A DNA stretch of 64,000 bases from Octopus vulgaris (lineage: Eukaryota), in assembly GCA_951406725.2 (NCBI GenBank), contig OX597820.1, positions 18,538,001 through 18,602,000 of the forward strand, given 5' to 3'. The position numbers and the translations under genes were made by a program. Below the pieces are notes generated by a model that was given only the letters and a program-made list of their open reading frames with translations, made no database searches and was not told the origin of the DNA. Of this stretch, positions 1 to 12,451 are shown in pieces. The first letter of the stretch is position 1. Each line of letters begins with the position of its first letter.

Positions 1-332
1 ATGCCAGTCAGTGAAGGTAACCATCAGATTAGGTAGTGATCAAAGAATTTTATTCCAATAAATGTTTTTAAATAACGCTTGATGTCGATAATGGCAAGAT
101 GTAAACATTTGGCTTAGACGAACGCAAAAATTTTCAAATGAATCTCAAATGAAAAAACTTATCCAAAGTAATGGTTCTTTAATAGAATTTGGCAGTAAAT
201 TAAAAGAATATTAGAACATCGAAAGAGAAATGTCTTATAGTGTTTGGTTTCTTTGCTCTGTGTTTTCTGAGTTCGGATCCAAGTTAGTCATAACCAGTAA
301 AAACGATGATAGGTTAGTTAGTTGGTAAGAAT

Positions 333-962
333 CAGGGGCATGGTTGATCCTAAGGCGATGAGCTGGCAGAATCGTTAGCACACCGGGCAAAATGCTTAGC
401 GGTATTTCGTCTGCTGTTATGTTCTGAGTTCAAATTCTGCCGAGGTCGACTTTGCCTTTCATCCTTTCGGAGTCGATAAAATTAAGTACCAGTTATGCAC
501 TGGGGTCGATGTAATCAACTTAATCCGTTTGTCTGTACTTGTTTGTCTTCTCTGTGTTTAGCCCCTTGCGGGTAGTAACGAAATAGGCATTTCGTCTGCT
601 GTTACGTTCTGAGTTCAAATTCAACCGAGGTCGACTTTGCCATTCATCCTTTCAGGATCGATAAATTAAGTACCAGTTACACACTGGCGTCGATGTAATT
701 GACTTAATCCCTTTGTCTGTCCCTTTTTGTCCACTCTATGTTCAGCCCCTTGTGGGCAATAAAGAAATAAGAATCAGGGGCATAGCTAGGGCAAATGGTG
801 CCCAGGGCAAGCATCAAAATTATGCCCCCATCCCCAACCAAAAAGGGGAAACTCACATAGAAATGGCTTAATTAGAAAAGGATCTTGGTGAAAATTGCGC
901 CCTGTCCCAAAGTGGTGTCCAATGCATGTGCCCTGCTTGCCCCCACCATAGCTATGCCCTTG
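333..962. mobile_element. hAT-like MITE, left end split by a SINE insertion
   Basis: TIR CAGGGGCATAGCTA (775-788) vs TAGCTATGCCCTTG (949-962). 8-bp direct repeat GTAAGAAT at 325-332 and 963-970. The left-end bases are duplicated at 326-341 and 768-783 as the TSD of the inserted SINE. Confidence 0.7.
352..767 (+). mobile_element. tRNA-derived SINE family A, head-to-tail dimer
   Basis: A-box-like TGGCAGAATCGTTAGC and B-box GAGTTCAAATTC. Central GCCGAGGTCGACTTTGCCTTTCATCCTTTCGG..GATAAA..AAGTACCAG block occurs twice. Many other copies in the window. Confidence 0.9.
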
Positions 963-999
963 GTAAGAATAGGAGAGGGGTATAGTAGTCTGGATCCCC

Positions 1000-1340
1000 T
1001 TTGGGGTGCAATGGTCATCAAGAGAGTGGCTGTCCCCCTGCGGGCTTCTTGACATTTGGCAGACAGACTGCGTTGCGGTATCGACCAAACAGTCACGGTC
1101 TGGCCGGTAACAGCAGCCAGGCTGGCAGCATAGGCTGCGGTCACATCCATGCAGATGCAGATGCTGACAGGCATGCATGACAACACTGTGCCAAACGCCG
1201 GGCATCATCATTGGAGCATTGAGGAGTAGCCGGAAGATGGTGCAGATGGCCGTGGAAGGAAGGTGCACCAGAGGTAGACCGGGGCGGCACAAGAAACAGT
1301 GGGTGACCTTCACGAACTCACTGAGCATGCTGCTCAAATG
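1000..1340 (+). pseudogene. Degenerate RTE-like LINE ORF C-terminal remnant
   Basis: GC-rich island. The + frame at ~1226-1340 reads RKMVQMAVEGRCTRGRPGRHKKQW, resembling the VEGxRxRGRPxxxW motif near the end of RTE-type RT ORFs. Confidence 0.4.
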
Positions 1341-1627
1341 ATTTCAGTTGTTTGTTCTTAAGGTCAACATTCAAGGTTGGAGGAGAGGAAAACAAAAAGG
1401 GACAATCAGGGAGGTCCTGTGCATTCATTGAGCAAACATGCATATAATAATAATAATAATAATAATAATAAATGCGAAAACAAATGTCAGTCTGTTAGTG
1501 TGTCAGTGTGTCACACTTTTTCAACTTTACTCCTCACCACTCTCTCTCACTATTCAATGACACTTCTACTATTCCTCATGCTTTACCCCTCTCTCACTAT
1601 TCAATGACACTTCTACTGTTCTTCATT

Positions 1628-2360
1628 CTCTAAATATTATAAATTTTCTCTAAATATTATAACTGTATCAAGTAATTTAACCATAACACGTGCTTCATAA
1701 TGTTCGGAACAGAAATACATATTGAACTCACTGACTACCATAAAAAGTTTGGAAATTTAGTATTTTTTCAGATATTAATAAAATTTTTCAGACCTATTTT
1801 CATGCTATCGGCCGTCAAAGATATGGAAACTTAGTGCACTCCGACTGCATGAAAATAGATTCGACTAATTTTATTATTATCTTAAAAAATAATAATTCTA
1901 CTCTCTAAAACAGTTTTCTTTCTTAATCCTAAAATTTTGAAAAAAATATTTCTCTAAATATTATAACTATTTCCAAAATAAACATTTTGAAAAAATCTTT
2001 CTCTAAATATTATAACTCTATCAAGTAATGTGCTCTATCAAGTAACATGTGCTCCATAACATTCGGAACTGAAATACGTATTGTACACACTCTCTCATAC
2101 AATATTACCTCACATAACTCTCTACCATAAAAATATTGGAAACTTAGTATTTTTTTAGATATTAATAAAATTTGTTGGACCTATTTTCATGCTATCGGCC
2201 ATTGGAGCTATGGAAACTTAGCGCACTTCAACTGCATGAAAATAGATTTGAATAATTTTATTATTACTTCAAAAATACGAAAAAATACTAAATTCAAACA
2301 TCTTTTTGGTCAAATATATTTAGAGTAATTCCAGACTATAAACAGCGCACATGAAAATAG
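1628..2360. repeat. ~350-bp diverged tandem duplication, each unit with an internal inverted repeat (possibly inside a Helitron/Helentron-like element starting ~1445)
   Basis: CTATTTTCATGC...GCATGAAAATAG hairpin at ~1794-1858 and ~2181-2245. Shared TTCTCTAAATATTATAAC motifs. Confidence 0.6.
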
Positions 2361-2800
2361 TGTTTAGCGACAATGGTTTAATTTTCCTTCAACTACAAAC
2401 AGAAGTTTAGGTATGAACCAGCTACTACAAATAATTATTTGTATGAAAAGTAAGGCCCTATGTACATCAAATTGTCTTTAAATTAAATGGCAGCAGAAGA
2501 ATTACTTTTAAAAGGTAAAATCCTTAAATCCTTAAAAATGTTTTAGCCCGAAGGCCGCGGCCATGCTGGGGCACCACCGCTGAAGTTTTTTTTTTTTTAA
2601 TCTTTAAAAGGTAAGTTTATTGTTGCCTACGGCCAGCTGTATGTTGATTGTTAAAGGCTGGGGAATGGAAACAAGCTATTTGTACTGACCCTGAATGGAA
2701 AGACAAAAAATGTTGTTTATCATGCAGCTTTGCAATAAGTTCCAAGTCGATAAATTATATCATTGTTTTGATGGAAATTGTTCGTTGCTTGAAAAACTTT

Positions 2801-3134
2801 TTACGGAGATGTACTTGCATAGCAAGTGACTTGATCTGAGATCGTGTGCTGGAACGAAAACAATTGCAGCATGGAAGGTGTTTATAAGCCATTTAAGAAA
2901 CACTCAAAAACCGTTAGATTCACTTTAACATTTAAATATAATTTGTCAAAATATTTTCGTCGCTTTGAGACCGTGACCTGTTCACTGGGATGCAGCACAG
3001 AATTTTGTCAGTGAACAGGTCACGGTGTCAAAGTGACGAAAATATTTTGAAAAATTAAATTTAAATGTTGAAGTGAATCTAACGGTTTTGTGTGTTTCTT
3101 AAATGGCTTATAAACACCTTCCATGCTGTAATTG
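2801..3134. mobile_element. Palindromic Penelope-LTR-like insert with 12-bp TSD
   Basis: ~130-bp inverted arms (~2859-2987 / 3009-3136), flanked by TTGAAAAACTTT at 2789-2800 and 3135-3146. Hammerhead-like fold in each arm. Confidence 0.7.
3004..3054 (+). ncRNA. Minimal type-I hammerhead ribozyme-like motif, G3-C8 core variant
   Basis: tttgtca|GTGAACA|G|GTCAC-ggtgtcaaa-GTGAC|GAA|AATATT|T|tgaaaaa. The mirror arm has the perfect stem-I partner tgacaaa. Confidence 0.6.
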
Positions 3135-3684
3135 TTGAAAAACTTTGTTCAAGTTTAATAAAATTTAATATGTACTCAAGGCATTTCACCCGGCATGCTA
3201 ACGTTTCTGTCAGCTCGCCAGAGTTGCAGAAGATTCTGAAGTCATCTGGAGGCCGTGGTTGAAGCCAAGGGTGATTTTATTGAATAAATGTACTCTTTAA
3301 TATTTCAAGATATTTTCATGTAATTTTGGTAAATATATTTGTTAAAATGAGATGTCAGTATTATTTTCACTTTTGCATAATTTAGATGGCAGGTTATTCT
3401 ATGCACCCTATGTGTAGATATGCATACACACGTCTGTATATGGTGTACATCTAGGACACTAGTTGTGTTGTTAAAGTTCTGGACTTAAAGTTGTTAATCC
3501 CTAATCAGAAGTTCAAATCTTGCTGCCATTGTTGAACTGCGATGCAAAGCAAAGCTTCTAACTGTTCCTAATGAATAGAAAACAGGTTCCACACCTACTT
3601 CATAACATCCAGCTGTGAAAACAAATACTGCAGAAAATAAACCATCCCACCCAAGCTTACTTGGGTAGAAAATGGAGAGAAAAC

Positions 3685-4048
3685 TGTATATGCATATATA
3701 CATGCATACATATATACATGCATGCATACATACAGTCAAGCATGCATACATACATACAAATAGGTATATATACACAGATATATATATATGAGTGTGTACA
3801 CATAAACACACTCACTCACGCACACATACATATATATGTATGTATTTATGTATATACATATACATATATATATATATAAATTTGTATGTGTATATATATA
3901 TCTGTATATACACACAGACACATACACACTAACTCTCTCATACATACAAACACACACATAGACACACACACACATATATATATATTTACAGATATACATA
4001 CATATATATATGTATATATAAATATATGTATGTATATGTATGTATATG

Positions 4049-4130
<82 letters not shown>

Positions 4131-4420
4131 TAGATAGACAGATAGATAGATAGATAGACAGATAGACAGACAGATAGAGATAGATGCATATACATATATA
4201 TACATGCACATACGCAAACATATATATATGTACATACACACATACTCATCATCATACTATATATATATATATACATACTCAAACACAGATATACATATAC
4301 ATAAATCACTATGTGTGTGTATGCACATACAGGCACACACACATATACACACATGCATAGGCACATACACACACATACACACACAAACACATTTATACAC
4401 ATACACGCATATATATTAAA
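3685..4420. repeat. Compound (TA)n/(CA)n/(GA)n/(GATA)n microsatellite
   Basis: Directly visible. Confidence 0.95.
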
Positions 4421-4528
4421 ACAATATACATATTAATACAATGACTGTTAAGATTAGACCCACTTCCTTTAACTTTAGAATTTAATTCTAAAGCAGAGGA
4501 AATTGGACTGACTCTACAGAGGTCATTG

Positions 4529-4560
<32 letters not shown>

Positions 4561-4564
<4 letters not shown>

Positions 4565-5937
4565 TCATCATCATCGCCATCATCATCATCATCATCAACA
4601 TCATCATCATCATCGTCATCATCATCATTGTTGTCGTCATCATTGTCGTTGTTGTTGCCGACGTCATCGCCATCATCATCATCACAATCATCATCACCAC
4701 CACCACTACCATCATCACCATCATCATCATCATCACCATCATCATCATCACCACCATCATAATCATCATCATCATCATCATCATTATCAACATCATCTTT
4801 ATCAGCATCATCATCAACAGCATCATCATCATTATCAACATCATCATCAACAGCATCAACATCATCATCATCATCATCATCATCATTATCACCACCACCA
4901 CCTCCACCCCACCATCATCATCATCATCATCATCATCATCATTATTATCATCATCATCATTATCAGCATCATTGTCAACAGCATAATCATCATCATCAGG
5001 ATTTAACAACCATTGTCCAGGTTGGCATGGGCTGGACGATTTGACCAGGGCTGGACGATTTGACCAGGGCTGGACGATTTGACCAGGGCTGGCAATCTGG
5101 AAGGCTCCACCTGGTATAAGGCTACCTTCCTCTAAGCTGTAGTTCCACTCTGTCAAATAAGAACTTAGTCTTGTGAGCTGCTACATGGCAACCTCACAAA
5201 TGGTGATACTTTGCAAACAAAGCTCCCAATTCGTTCTATAAAATGGTTGCCTTTGGAAAGGACTCCCAACTATAAGGAATCATGTTAAAACAGATGGTAG
5301 GGTATGGCGCTGTCCTGGACCCATAGGAACAACCTGTCAAACCATCCAACCGATGTCAGCATGGAAGAAAGACAGGCATTAAATGACATCATCAACAATA
5401 AAGACAGTTATGATGAAGATGATGACAACAGTGACGACGCTGATGATGATGATGATGAGAGTGATGACAACGATGATGATGATGATGATAATGATGATGA
5501 TGATGACAACGGTGACGACGACGATGATGATGATCATGAGAGTGATGACAACGATGATGATGATGATGATGATGATAATGATGAAAGTGATGATGTTGAT
5601 GAGGATGATGATGACAACGATGACGACGACGATGATAATGATGATGAGAGTGATGACAACGATGATGACGCTGATGATAATGATGATGATAATGACAACG
5701 ATGATGATGATGATGATAATGATGATGACAATGCTGATGATGAAGATGATAATGACAATAATGATGATGATGATGAAGATGATGATAACGGTATCAATGA
5801 TGATGACAACAACAATGACAACAAAGATGAGTAGGATGATGATGAGGATGATGATGATGATGATGACAATGACGCCAACGCCAATGCCGCCAACAATGAT
5901 GATGATGATGTTGATGACGCCGACAGCAGTAATGATG
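4561..5937. repeat. (CAT)n tract 4561-4998 and (GAT)n tract ~5385-5937 flanking SINE-D fragments
   Basis: Degenerate trinucleotide repeats. 20-bp GGGCTGGACGATTTGACCA repeated x3 at ~5029-5092. Confidence 0.9.
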
Positions 5938-6654
5938 GCTGTTAATATTAAAATTCCGAGTTTAAAAGTCATATCTTCAAAAAGTTCAATATATGGTTTC
6001 ATACACCATGGAAAATAGTAAAATAGTTTCTACTTTCACATAAAAATTGTTTATATTTATTTCTAAAATATTCAAGTTTTATGCTCTATAAATCTGACTG
6101 TTAATTTTTATAATGTTTGAATACATTTCAAATTTTTGGCAAAAATTAACAGACTAATTCACAGAACATAATACCTGTATATTTTCAGAAGTATAACCAA
6201 ATTTAAACATGAAATCACAAAAGAATAAATTATTTATTTTCTATTTCCATGGTATTTGAAACAGCTTCAGTTTTTGAATATGTTATTTTTTCTTCTTCTA
6301 AATGAGGAATTTTAATAACAAAAGCATTTTAATATATACTGTCGATTTGTTTTGTGTGAAATATAATTGTCTCCCAGTATTGTTATATAAACTGGTGGAG
6401 TACTTAAAGTAAACATGATTTGATATCAATATATATAAATTTAAATTGTGAAACAGTGATGGTGTAAATTGTTTTATGCCTTCCGTGGTGTATGAAATGA
6501 TATTCTGTTTGAAGACATGATTTCTAAATGAGGAACTTAATAACCTATTGAAATCTCAGATAATTACTGCGCAGTATTAATGGTCTAACACAGTGGTTCT
6601 CATCCAGGTCTGTATCTTCCCTGCGTGTCCATATAAGCTTTTGGGGATCTCATC

Positions 6655-6850
6655 ATCGATTAATGTCCGTTTTCCATGCTGGCATGGGTTGGACAGTTTG
6701 ACTGGGGACTAGCAAGCCAGGAAACCTCACCTGGCTCTAATCTGATCTGGCAATGTTTCTACAGCTGGATGCCCTTCCTAACACCAACCACTCCAAGAGT
6801 ATAGTGGGTGCTTTTTACATGCCACTGGAATGGGAGCCAGTCAGGGGGTT
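6655..6850. mobile_element. SINE family D fragment (TTTCCATGCTGGCATGGGTTGGAC...GCTGGATGCCCTTCCTAACACCAACC)
   Basis: Related copies near 5000, 37140-37385, 46950-47110 and 59480-59600. Confidence 0.65.
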
Positions 6851-6854
6851 GAAA

Positions 6855-7710
6855 GAGGAACTTCCTGGAAAGTTCCAAGGACGGGGAGCTGAAGGTGAAG
6901 GGAAGGAAGAGAAGGAAGGACTTTCTGGAAAAGTCCAAGGAGGGGAGTTGAAAGGAGGACTTCCTAGAAGGTTCCATGGAGGGGACAGAGGAGAGGAGGA
7001 AGGACTTTCTGGAAAATTCCAAGGTGGGGGAGATGAGAGTGAAGGGGAGGAAGGACTTCCTGGAAAGTTCCATGCAGGAGGCAGAGAGGAGGAGGAAGGA
7101 CTTCCTGAAAAAGTCCGAGAAGGTGGTGAAAGTGGGGACTTCCTGGAAAGTTCCAAGGAGGAGGAGCTGGGGGTGAATGGGAGGAAGGACTTCCTGGAAA
7201 AGTACAAGGATGGGGTGAAAGGGAAACTTCTTGGAAAGTTCCAAGGAGGGGTAGCAGATGAGGAAGGAGAGGAAGGATTTCCTGGAAAAGTCAAAGGGGT
7301 GAAATGTGGGACTTCCTGGAAAGTTCCAAAAAGATGGTTGATGGGGAGGGGAGGAAGGGCTTCCTGAAAAGTCCAAGTGGAGGGGTGAAACGGGGGAACT
7401 TCCTCGAAAATTCCAAGGAGAGAAGTGGAGGAATGACTTCCTGGAAATGTCCAAGGGGTGGGAAAAATGGAACTACCTGGAAAATTCCAAGGAGGGGAGT
7501 TGAGGGGGAAGGAGAGCAAGGACTTCATGGAAAGTTCAAGGAGCAATGAGAAAAGGGGTAATTTCCTAGAACATTCCAAGGAGTGGGAGTTGAGGGGGAA
7601 GGTGTGGAAGGACTTCCTAGAAAAGTTCAAGACGGGGTATATATGAGGGTAGGGAGGGGAAGAATGAGAGGAAGGGGAGGAAGAACATCCTGGAAAAGTC
7701 CAAGGAGGGG
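6855..7710. repeat. Minisatellite: 19 copies of a ~23-bp core GGACTTCCTGGAAAGTTCCAAGG with variable purine-rich spacers
   Basis: Cores start near 6861, 6921, 6960, 7005, 7056, 7101, 7139, 7190, 7227, 7278, 7312, 7360, 7399, 7437, 7473, 7523, 7562, 7613 and 7686. Confidence 0.9.
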
Positions 7711-8349
7711 TTTGCCAAAACTCTTGAAGTCCGTGGGATCGAAGACATCATATGACTGACTGTGCCAAGGGAGGAAATGCTTTTGTTGCATGCATTTCCC
7801 TTAACCTTTTAAATATAGTGCTTTTTTTTCTGTGACCATCAAACAGTTTCAGGAACAGTCCCTCATAGATGCTGAAGCCTAACTGATACATCCACATTTC
7901 TCTTATTGTCAGCTGCATCGCATGTTAAAAAGCAAACATCTTTTTATCAGAACACAAAACAGCAGAACAAGAAATGTCTGCCATAGAGCTCTTGCTGAAT
8001 AAATCTCATCCTTCTTAGGATTACTTCTGTTTCATATCTTCATGTCAATTTAAATAACAGTAAAGTACATATTACAGACAATGAGTTTATGATGTTTGTA
8101 GAGTTTGCTTTCGCTAACTGGGGTTCTTCAGACTTGCAATTAACCTCCACATTTTCTCTAAATTCCTTAATCCCCAACACTTTCATGGAGTAATTTGCAG
8201 CTGTACAAAATGCTTCTTTATTTTAAAAAATGTTGGAGGGTATTCATTTATTGTTAATGGTAAGGTTCTTAATAATGATGGTCTGAAGTGGAAGAAATTT
8301 TGGTCAGTGTAAATGAGCTTTTCATTTTGTTTCCTCTTGTGGTTTGTAT

Positions 8350-8832
8350 ACTTTTACTCTTTTACTCTTTTGCTTGTTTCAGTCATGTGACTGTGGCCTT
8401 GATGGAGCACTGCCTTTAGTTGAGCAAATTGACCCCAGGATTTATTCTTTGTAAGCCTAGTACTTATTCTATTGGTCTCTTTTGCCGAATCGCTAAGTTA
8501 CGGGGACGTAAACACACCAGCATCAGAAACTGAAAGAAGCCCGTTGTATATAAGTATGTGTGTCTGTGTTTGTCCCCCAACATTGCTTGACAACTGATGC
8601 TGGTGAGTTTACGTCCCCGTAACTTAGCGATTCGGCAAAAGAGACCGATATATATATATATACACACATATATACGATGGGCTTCTTTCAGTTTCCGTCT
8701 ACCAAATCCACTCACAAGGCTTTCGTTGGCCCAAGGCTATAGTAGAAGACACTTGCCCAAGGTGCCACACAGTGGGACTGAACCCGGAGCCATGTGGCTG
8801 GTAAGGAAGCTACTTACCACACAGCCACTCCT
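8350..8832 (-). mobile_element. SINE family B (tRNA head, CORE-like) with internal inversion/duplication
   Basis: Tail on - (8350-8524), middle on + (8526-8650), head on - (8671-8832). Confidence 0.85.
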
Positions 8833-9808
8833 AATTTACATATGTTGAGATATAAGGTGATGTGTCATAAAGGAACTATCATTTGCCTTTCATCCTTTCA
8901 AGATTGATGAAATAAGTACCAGTTATATACAGAGGTTGGTGTAAATCAACTAGCACCCTCCCCACAAAATTTCAGGCATGTGCCTAAAACAGAGAGGACT
9001 GTGTGAGCTGTTATGGTGATATTAAGTCCTAGTTCTTTAAAAGATACTAATCAGGACTTTTATTGTTTTATTGTCCATTTATGTTGTCTAAACCAGCAAG
9101 GCCATCATCTCTTTAGAAGCCTCTTTAGAAGGGTGTTAAATTTAGACTTAAGTTTATCAAGGATAATTAATCCAACCAGATTACAAATCACCACTCTGTC
9201 AAATCAGTCTGTCGTGTCAATTAAACGGATCCTTGGTATCTTTCATAGATGCTGATACTCTGCCAAAAAGAAGCAACTGTCTTGCATTGTAATCATTAGA
9301 TTATGCCACCATTACATTCATCAGTATTGCAATATGCCATAAATTTCAGATCCTTAGTGAAGAGTGGTCTAGAAATTGTCTGATAAAATTTGAAAAGTAT
9401 CTGACAGGGCAAATTCACATTTATTTTTATTACAAATGTTATTAAACTCGTTAAATATTGTGCCGATACCATTCCATTATTGCAATCAAGTGGAATTTCT
9501 AATTTTAGCATTAATGCAGTTTAGTATAATCTTGTTAACTTTCTAAAGTTCACACTTACTAAGATTTATTTACTTATATTTGTAGGTTTATAAGGAAGTT
9601 CTCTTTGTGGTTCTTAAAGGTTATGTATGTTTTGTATTTGGTTAAACACTGTGCTTTCTTATCTACCTTGTTTTGGGGAAATTTATTTTTCATTATAAAT
9701 CTTATCATAGTATTTGTATTAAGTTAACCTACTAGTACTTTAGTATGATATTTTTTATTTGTATATTCTGTGATATTACTATTACTGTTATTGTCATTAT
9801 TATTATTA

Positions 9809-9873
<65 letters not shown>

Positions 9874-9874
9874 T

Positions 9875-10112
9875 TATATTTGACTTTTGCTTTACATTTG
9901 TACAAGTTGGCTCCAAGTCTCACCCAGAGACCTCAAGAGAAAACAAGTAGGAAGGTCACGTTGGTGTTATGCCTAGTGTGCCATATAGTTGGTTTTGTAC
10001 ATAGTGTTGTTCTAGAGAATGTTTAAGAAACTGAGAAAATCATGTATTTGTTTTAAACTTGAGATTACATTGAAAGTATTTTGCGTAGGATATGGGCAGT
10101 TCCCATGACCAC
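9875..10112 (-). mobile_element. Dong/R4-like LINE 3' end (ORF stop plus 3' UTR) in a (TAA)n tract
   Basis: Minus strand ends ..MGTAHILRKILSM*. Homologous to 12043-12290. (TTA)n on both sides. Confidence 0.75.
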
Positions 10113-10124
10113 TTATTATTATTA

Positions 10125-10189
<65 letters not shown>

Positions 10190-10221
10190 GTTATTATTAT
10201 TATTATTATCATCATTATTAT

Positions 10222-10437
10222 TAAGGTAGTGTGAGCTGGCAAGGAAAATTAGCATGCTGGGTGAAATGCTTAATAGCATTTCATCCATTTTTATATCCTG
10301 AGTTCAAATTCTGCCAAGGTCAACTTTCATCCTTTCAGGTTCGATAAAAATAAGTACCAGTTGACTACTGGGGCTGATATATAATCAACTTACACTCTTC
10401 CTTGAACTTGCTGGCATTGTGCCAAAATTTAAAACCA
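10222..10437 (+). mobile_element. SINE family A
   Basis: GAGCTGGCA..GAGTTCAAATTCTGCCAAGGTCAACTTTCATCCTTTC..AAGTACCAG. Confidence 0.8.
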
Positions 10438-10467
10438 TTATAATTATTATTATTATTATTATTATTA

Positions 10468-11981
10468 CTTTTTTTTTTCTTCTTTCAAATTTGCTTCCAT
10501 TTCTTGCCGAGTGTCTTCCCGACTCCTAGGGCAAAGAAACTCATAGTATACATTGGTAGGCCATTAAACCAAACTCAGTAGTTCGTTCATTTTTTTTTTT
10601 TTTTAAGTTAAATTAAAATACATGAGCAGCAACAGTTCTCACATCGACAATGCTCTTCTCAATACGTGTGATGTACCAGTTAAGACAATCTTTTGCACTT
10701 CTTGCAGGGATGGTAAGCCAGGGATCATTCTCATATAATTTTCGGTTCCCTTCTTGATCATTCCTAGTGCTCCTATGATCACTGGTATTGTAACCGCCTT
10801 GAGATGCCACATTTTCTCAATTTCAATGAGTAGGTCTTTATATTTTCTGAGCTTGTCAAACTCTTTCGCTGAGATATTATGATCACAGGGGATGCTCATG
10901 TCGATCAATAAGCAAACTTTATTGTTTTGGTCTTTCACAACAATATCTGGTTTATTGGCCTTGATGGTTCGGTCTGTAGGTACTGGAAAGTCCCACAGAA
11001 TGGTTACATTTTCTCCTTCAGTTACAGCCTCAGGGTGGTGATTATACCACTTGTCGGCAGTTTTGATATTGTAAAATGCCGACTTATTAGCCAGTGGAGA
11101 TATTGGCCAACTCTGTCATGTCTTAATTTATACTCCACTGGTGCTAAGACTTTACATCCAGAGATTAGGTGGTCCACTGTTTCAATCATGTTGTTGCAGA
11201 ATCGGCATTTTGGGTCTGCTCCATTTTTCATCACATTGGCCTGGTAGTTCCAGGTTAATAGGCTTTGATCTTGAGCAGCCAGGATGAAACCTTCGCTCTC
11301 TGCTTTTAGCCCTGAGCTCCGTAGCCACTGATGGGTTTGCTTCTGGTCAACATCAGCTTGTTTGCTGCGGGTCACATATTTGCCATGCAGAGGTTTCTCC
11401 TCCCACCTATCAGCCAATTGCTCGTGCGCTTTTTTTGTTGCCATCATTTTCACCTTCTTTGCAACAATAGTTGCCGTACTTCCCTCGGGTTGTTCAGTTT
11501 GGGTATCCTGCACGAGATCAATAGCAAATTTTTTGCTTTCCTTTATGATAGAATGAAGCTTCTTTCGTCTCTCGTGATTTTCCACGAGCTTTAGCATCCA
11601 GTCATTCGATATTTCGAGATATTTGGCCAGTCCAATTGTGGTTGTTTTGTAAGCTAGTTCAAATTGGATCAGGCCTCGACCTCCTTGGGCTCTGGGAAGG
11701 TAAAGGCGATCTACGTCTGCCTTTGGGTGGTGCATCCTATTACAACTCAGCAGCTTGCGTATTTTTCTATCTATATTCTTTACTTCACTCATATTCCAGT
11801 TCAACACATTGTAGCTATAAGTAACAACTGGAACTGCTAAGGAATTTATAGCTAACACCTTGTTACGTGCATTTAGTTCAGATTTCAGGACTGCACGAAC
11901 TCTCCTATAACATTCCTTCCTGATCTTCTCTTTCATGCTTGCATGCTGAATACCAGAGCCTTCATTTATCCCTAAATATTT

Positions 11982-11982
<1 letters not shown>
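10468..11982 (-). mobile_element. 5'-truncated R4/Dong-clade non-LTR retrotransposon (RT thumb, CCHC finger, restriction-like endonuclease), one frameshift
   Basis: ORFs 11022-11936 and 10639-10938: YKYLG, RLYLPRAQGGRGL, CRFCNNMIETVDHLISGC, RHD, KPDIVVKD..LIDMSIP..K..KY. Frameshift at ~11073. (TTA)n on both flanks. Confidence 0.9.
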
Positions 11983-12042
<60 letters not shown>

Positions 12043-12451
12043 CATTCTATGTTTGACCTTTGCTTTACATTTGTACAAATTGGCTCCAAGTCTCACTCAG
12101 AGACTTCAAGAAACAACAGGTTGGAAGTTCATGTTGTTGTTATGCCTAGGGTGCCATATATTTGTATTTGTACTTAGTGTTGTACAAGTGAATGTCTAAA
12201 AAAATCATACGAAAATTATGTTTGTTTTAAAACTTGAGATTACATAGAAAGTATCCAGCGTAGGATACGGGTAGTTCCTATGAGTACTATCTTTTGAATT
12301 TCTGCCATTTTGGGGTTTCCTGGTATCCGAGCCAGGTAGCAATCAGCCCCTTTTGCTATCATTCCCAGGGCACCTATGACAACAGGTATTGTTTTAGTCT
12401 TCAGGTTTCACATTTTGCTAATTTCTATTTCAAGATCTTTATATTTCAAGA

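Noticed and set aside
786-1337. 183-aa minus-strand ORF
   Set aside because: Spans a MITE and the antisense of a probable LINE remnant, with no recognisable domain.
5304-5834. Asp-rich acidic (biomineralisation-like) protein ORF
   Set aside because: Translation of a (GAT)n microsatellite starting in a SINE fragment. The same pattern recurs at 37.4, 41.9 and 47.1 kb.
6753-7367. 204-aa GLPGKFQGG-repeat (collagen-like) ORF
   Set aside because: Starts inside a SINE, unit lengths are not consistently multiples of three, and several frames are open because the repeat lacks stop codons.
6855-7710. CRISPR array
   Set aside because: Eukaryotic context, no cas genes or leader, degenerate repeats, and low-complexity, mutually related spacers of unequal length.
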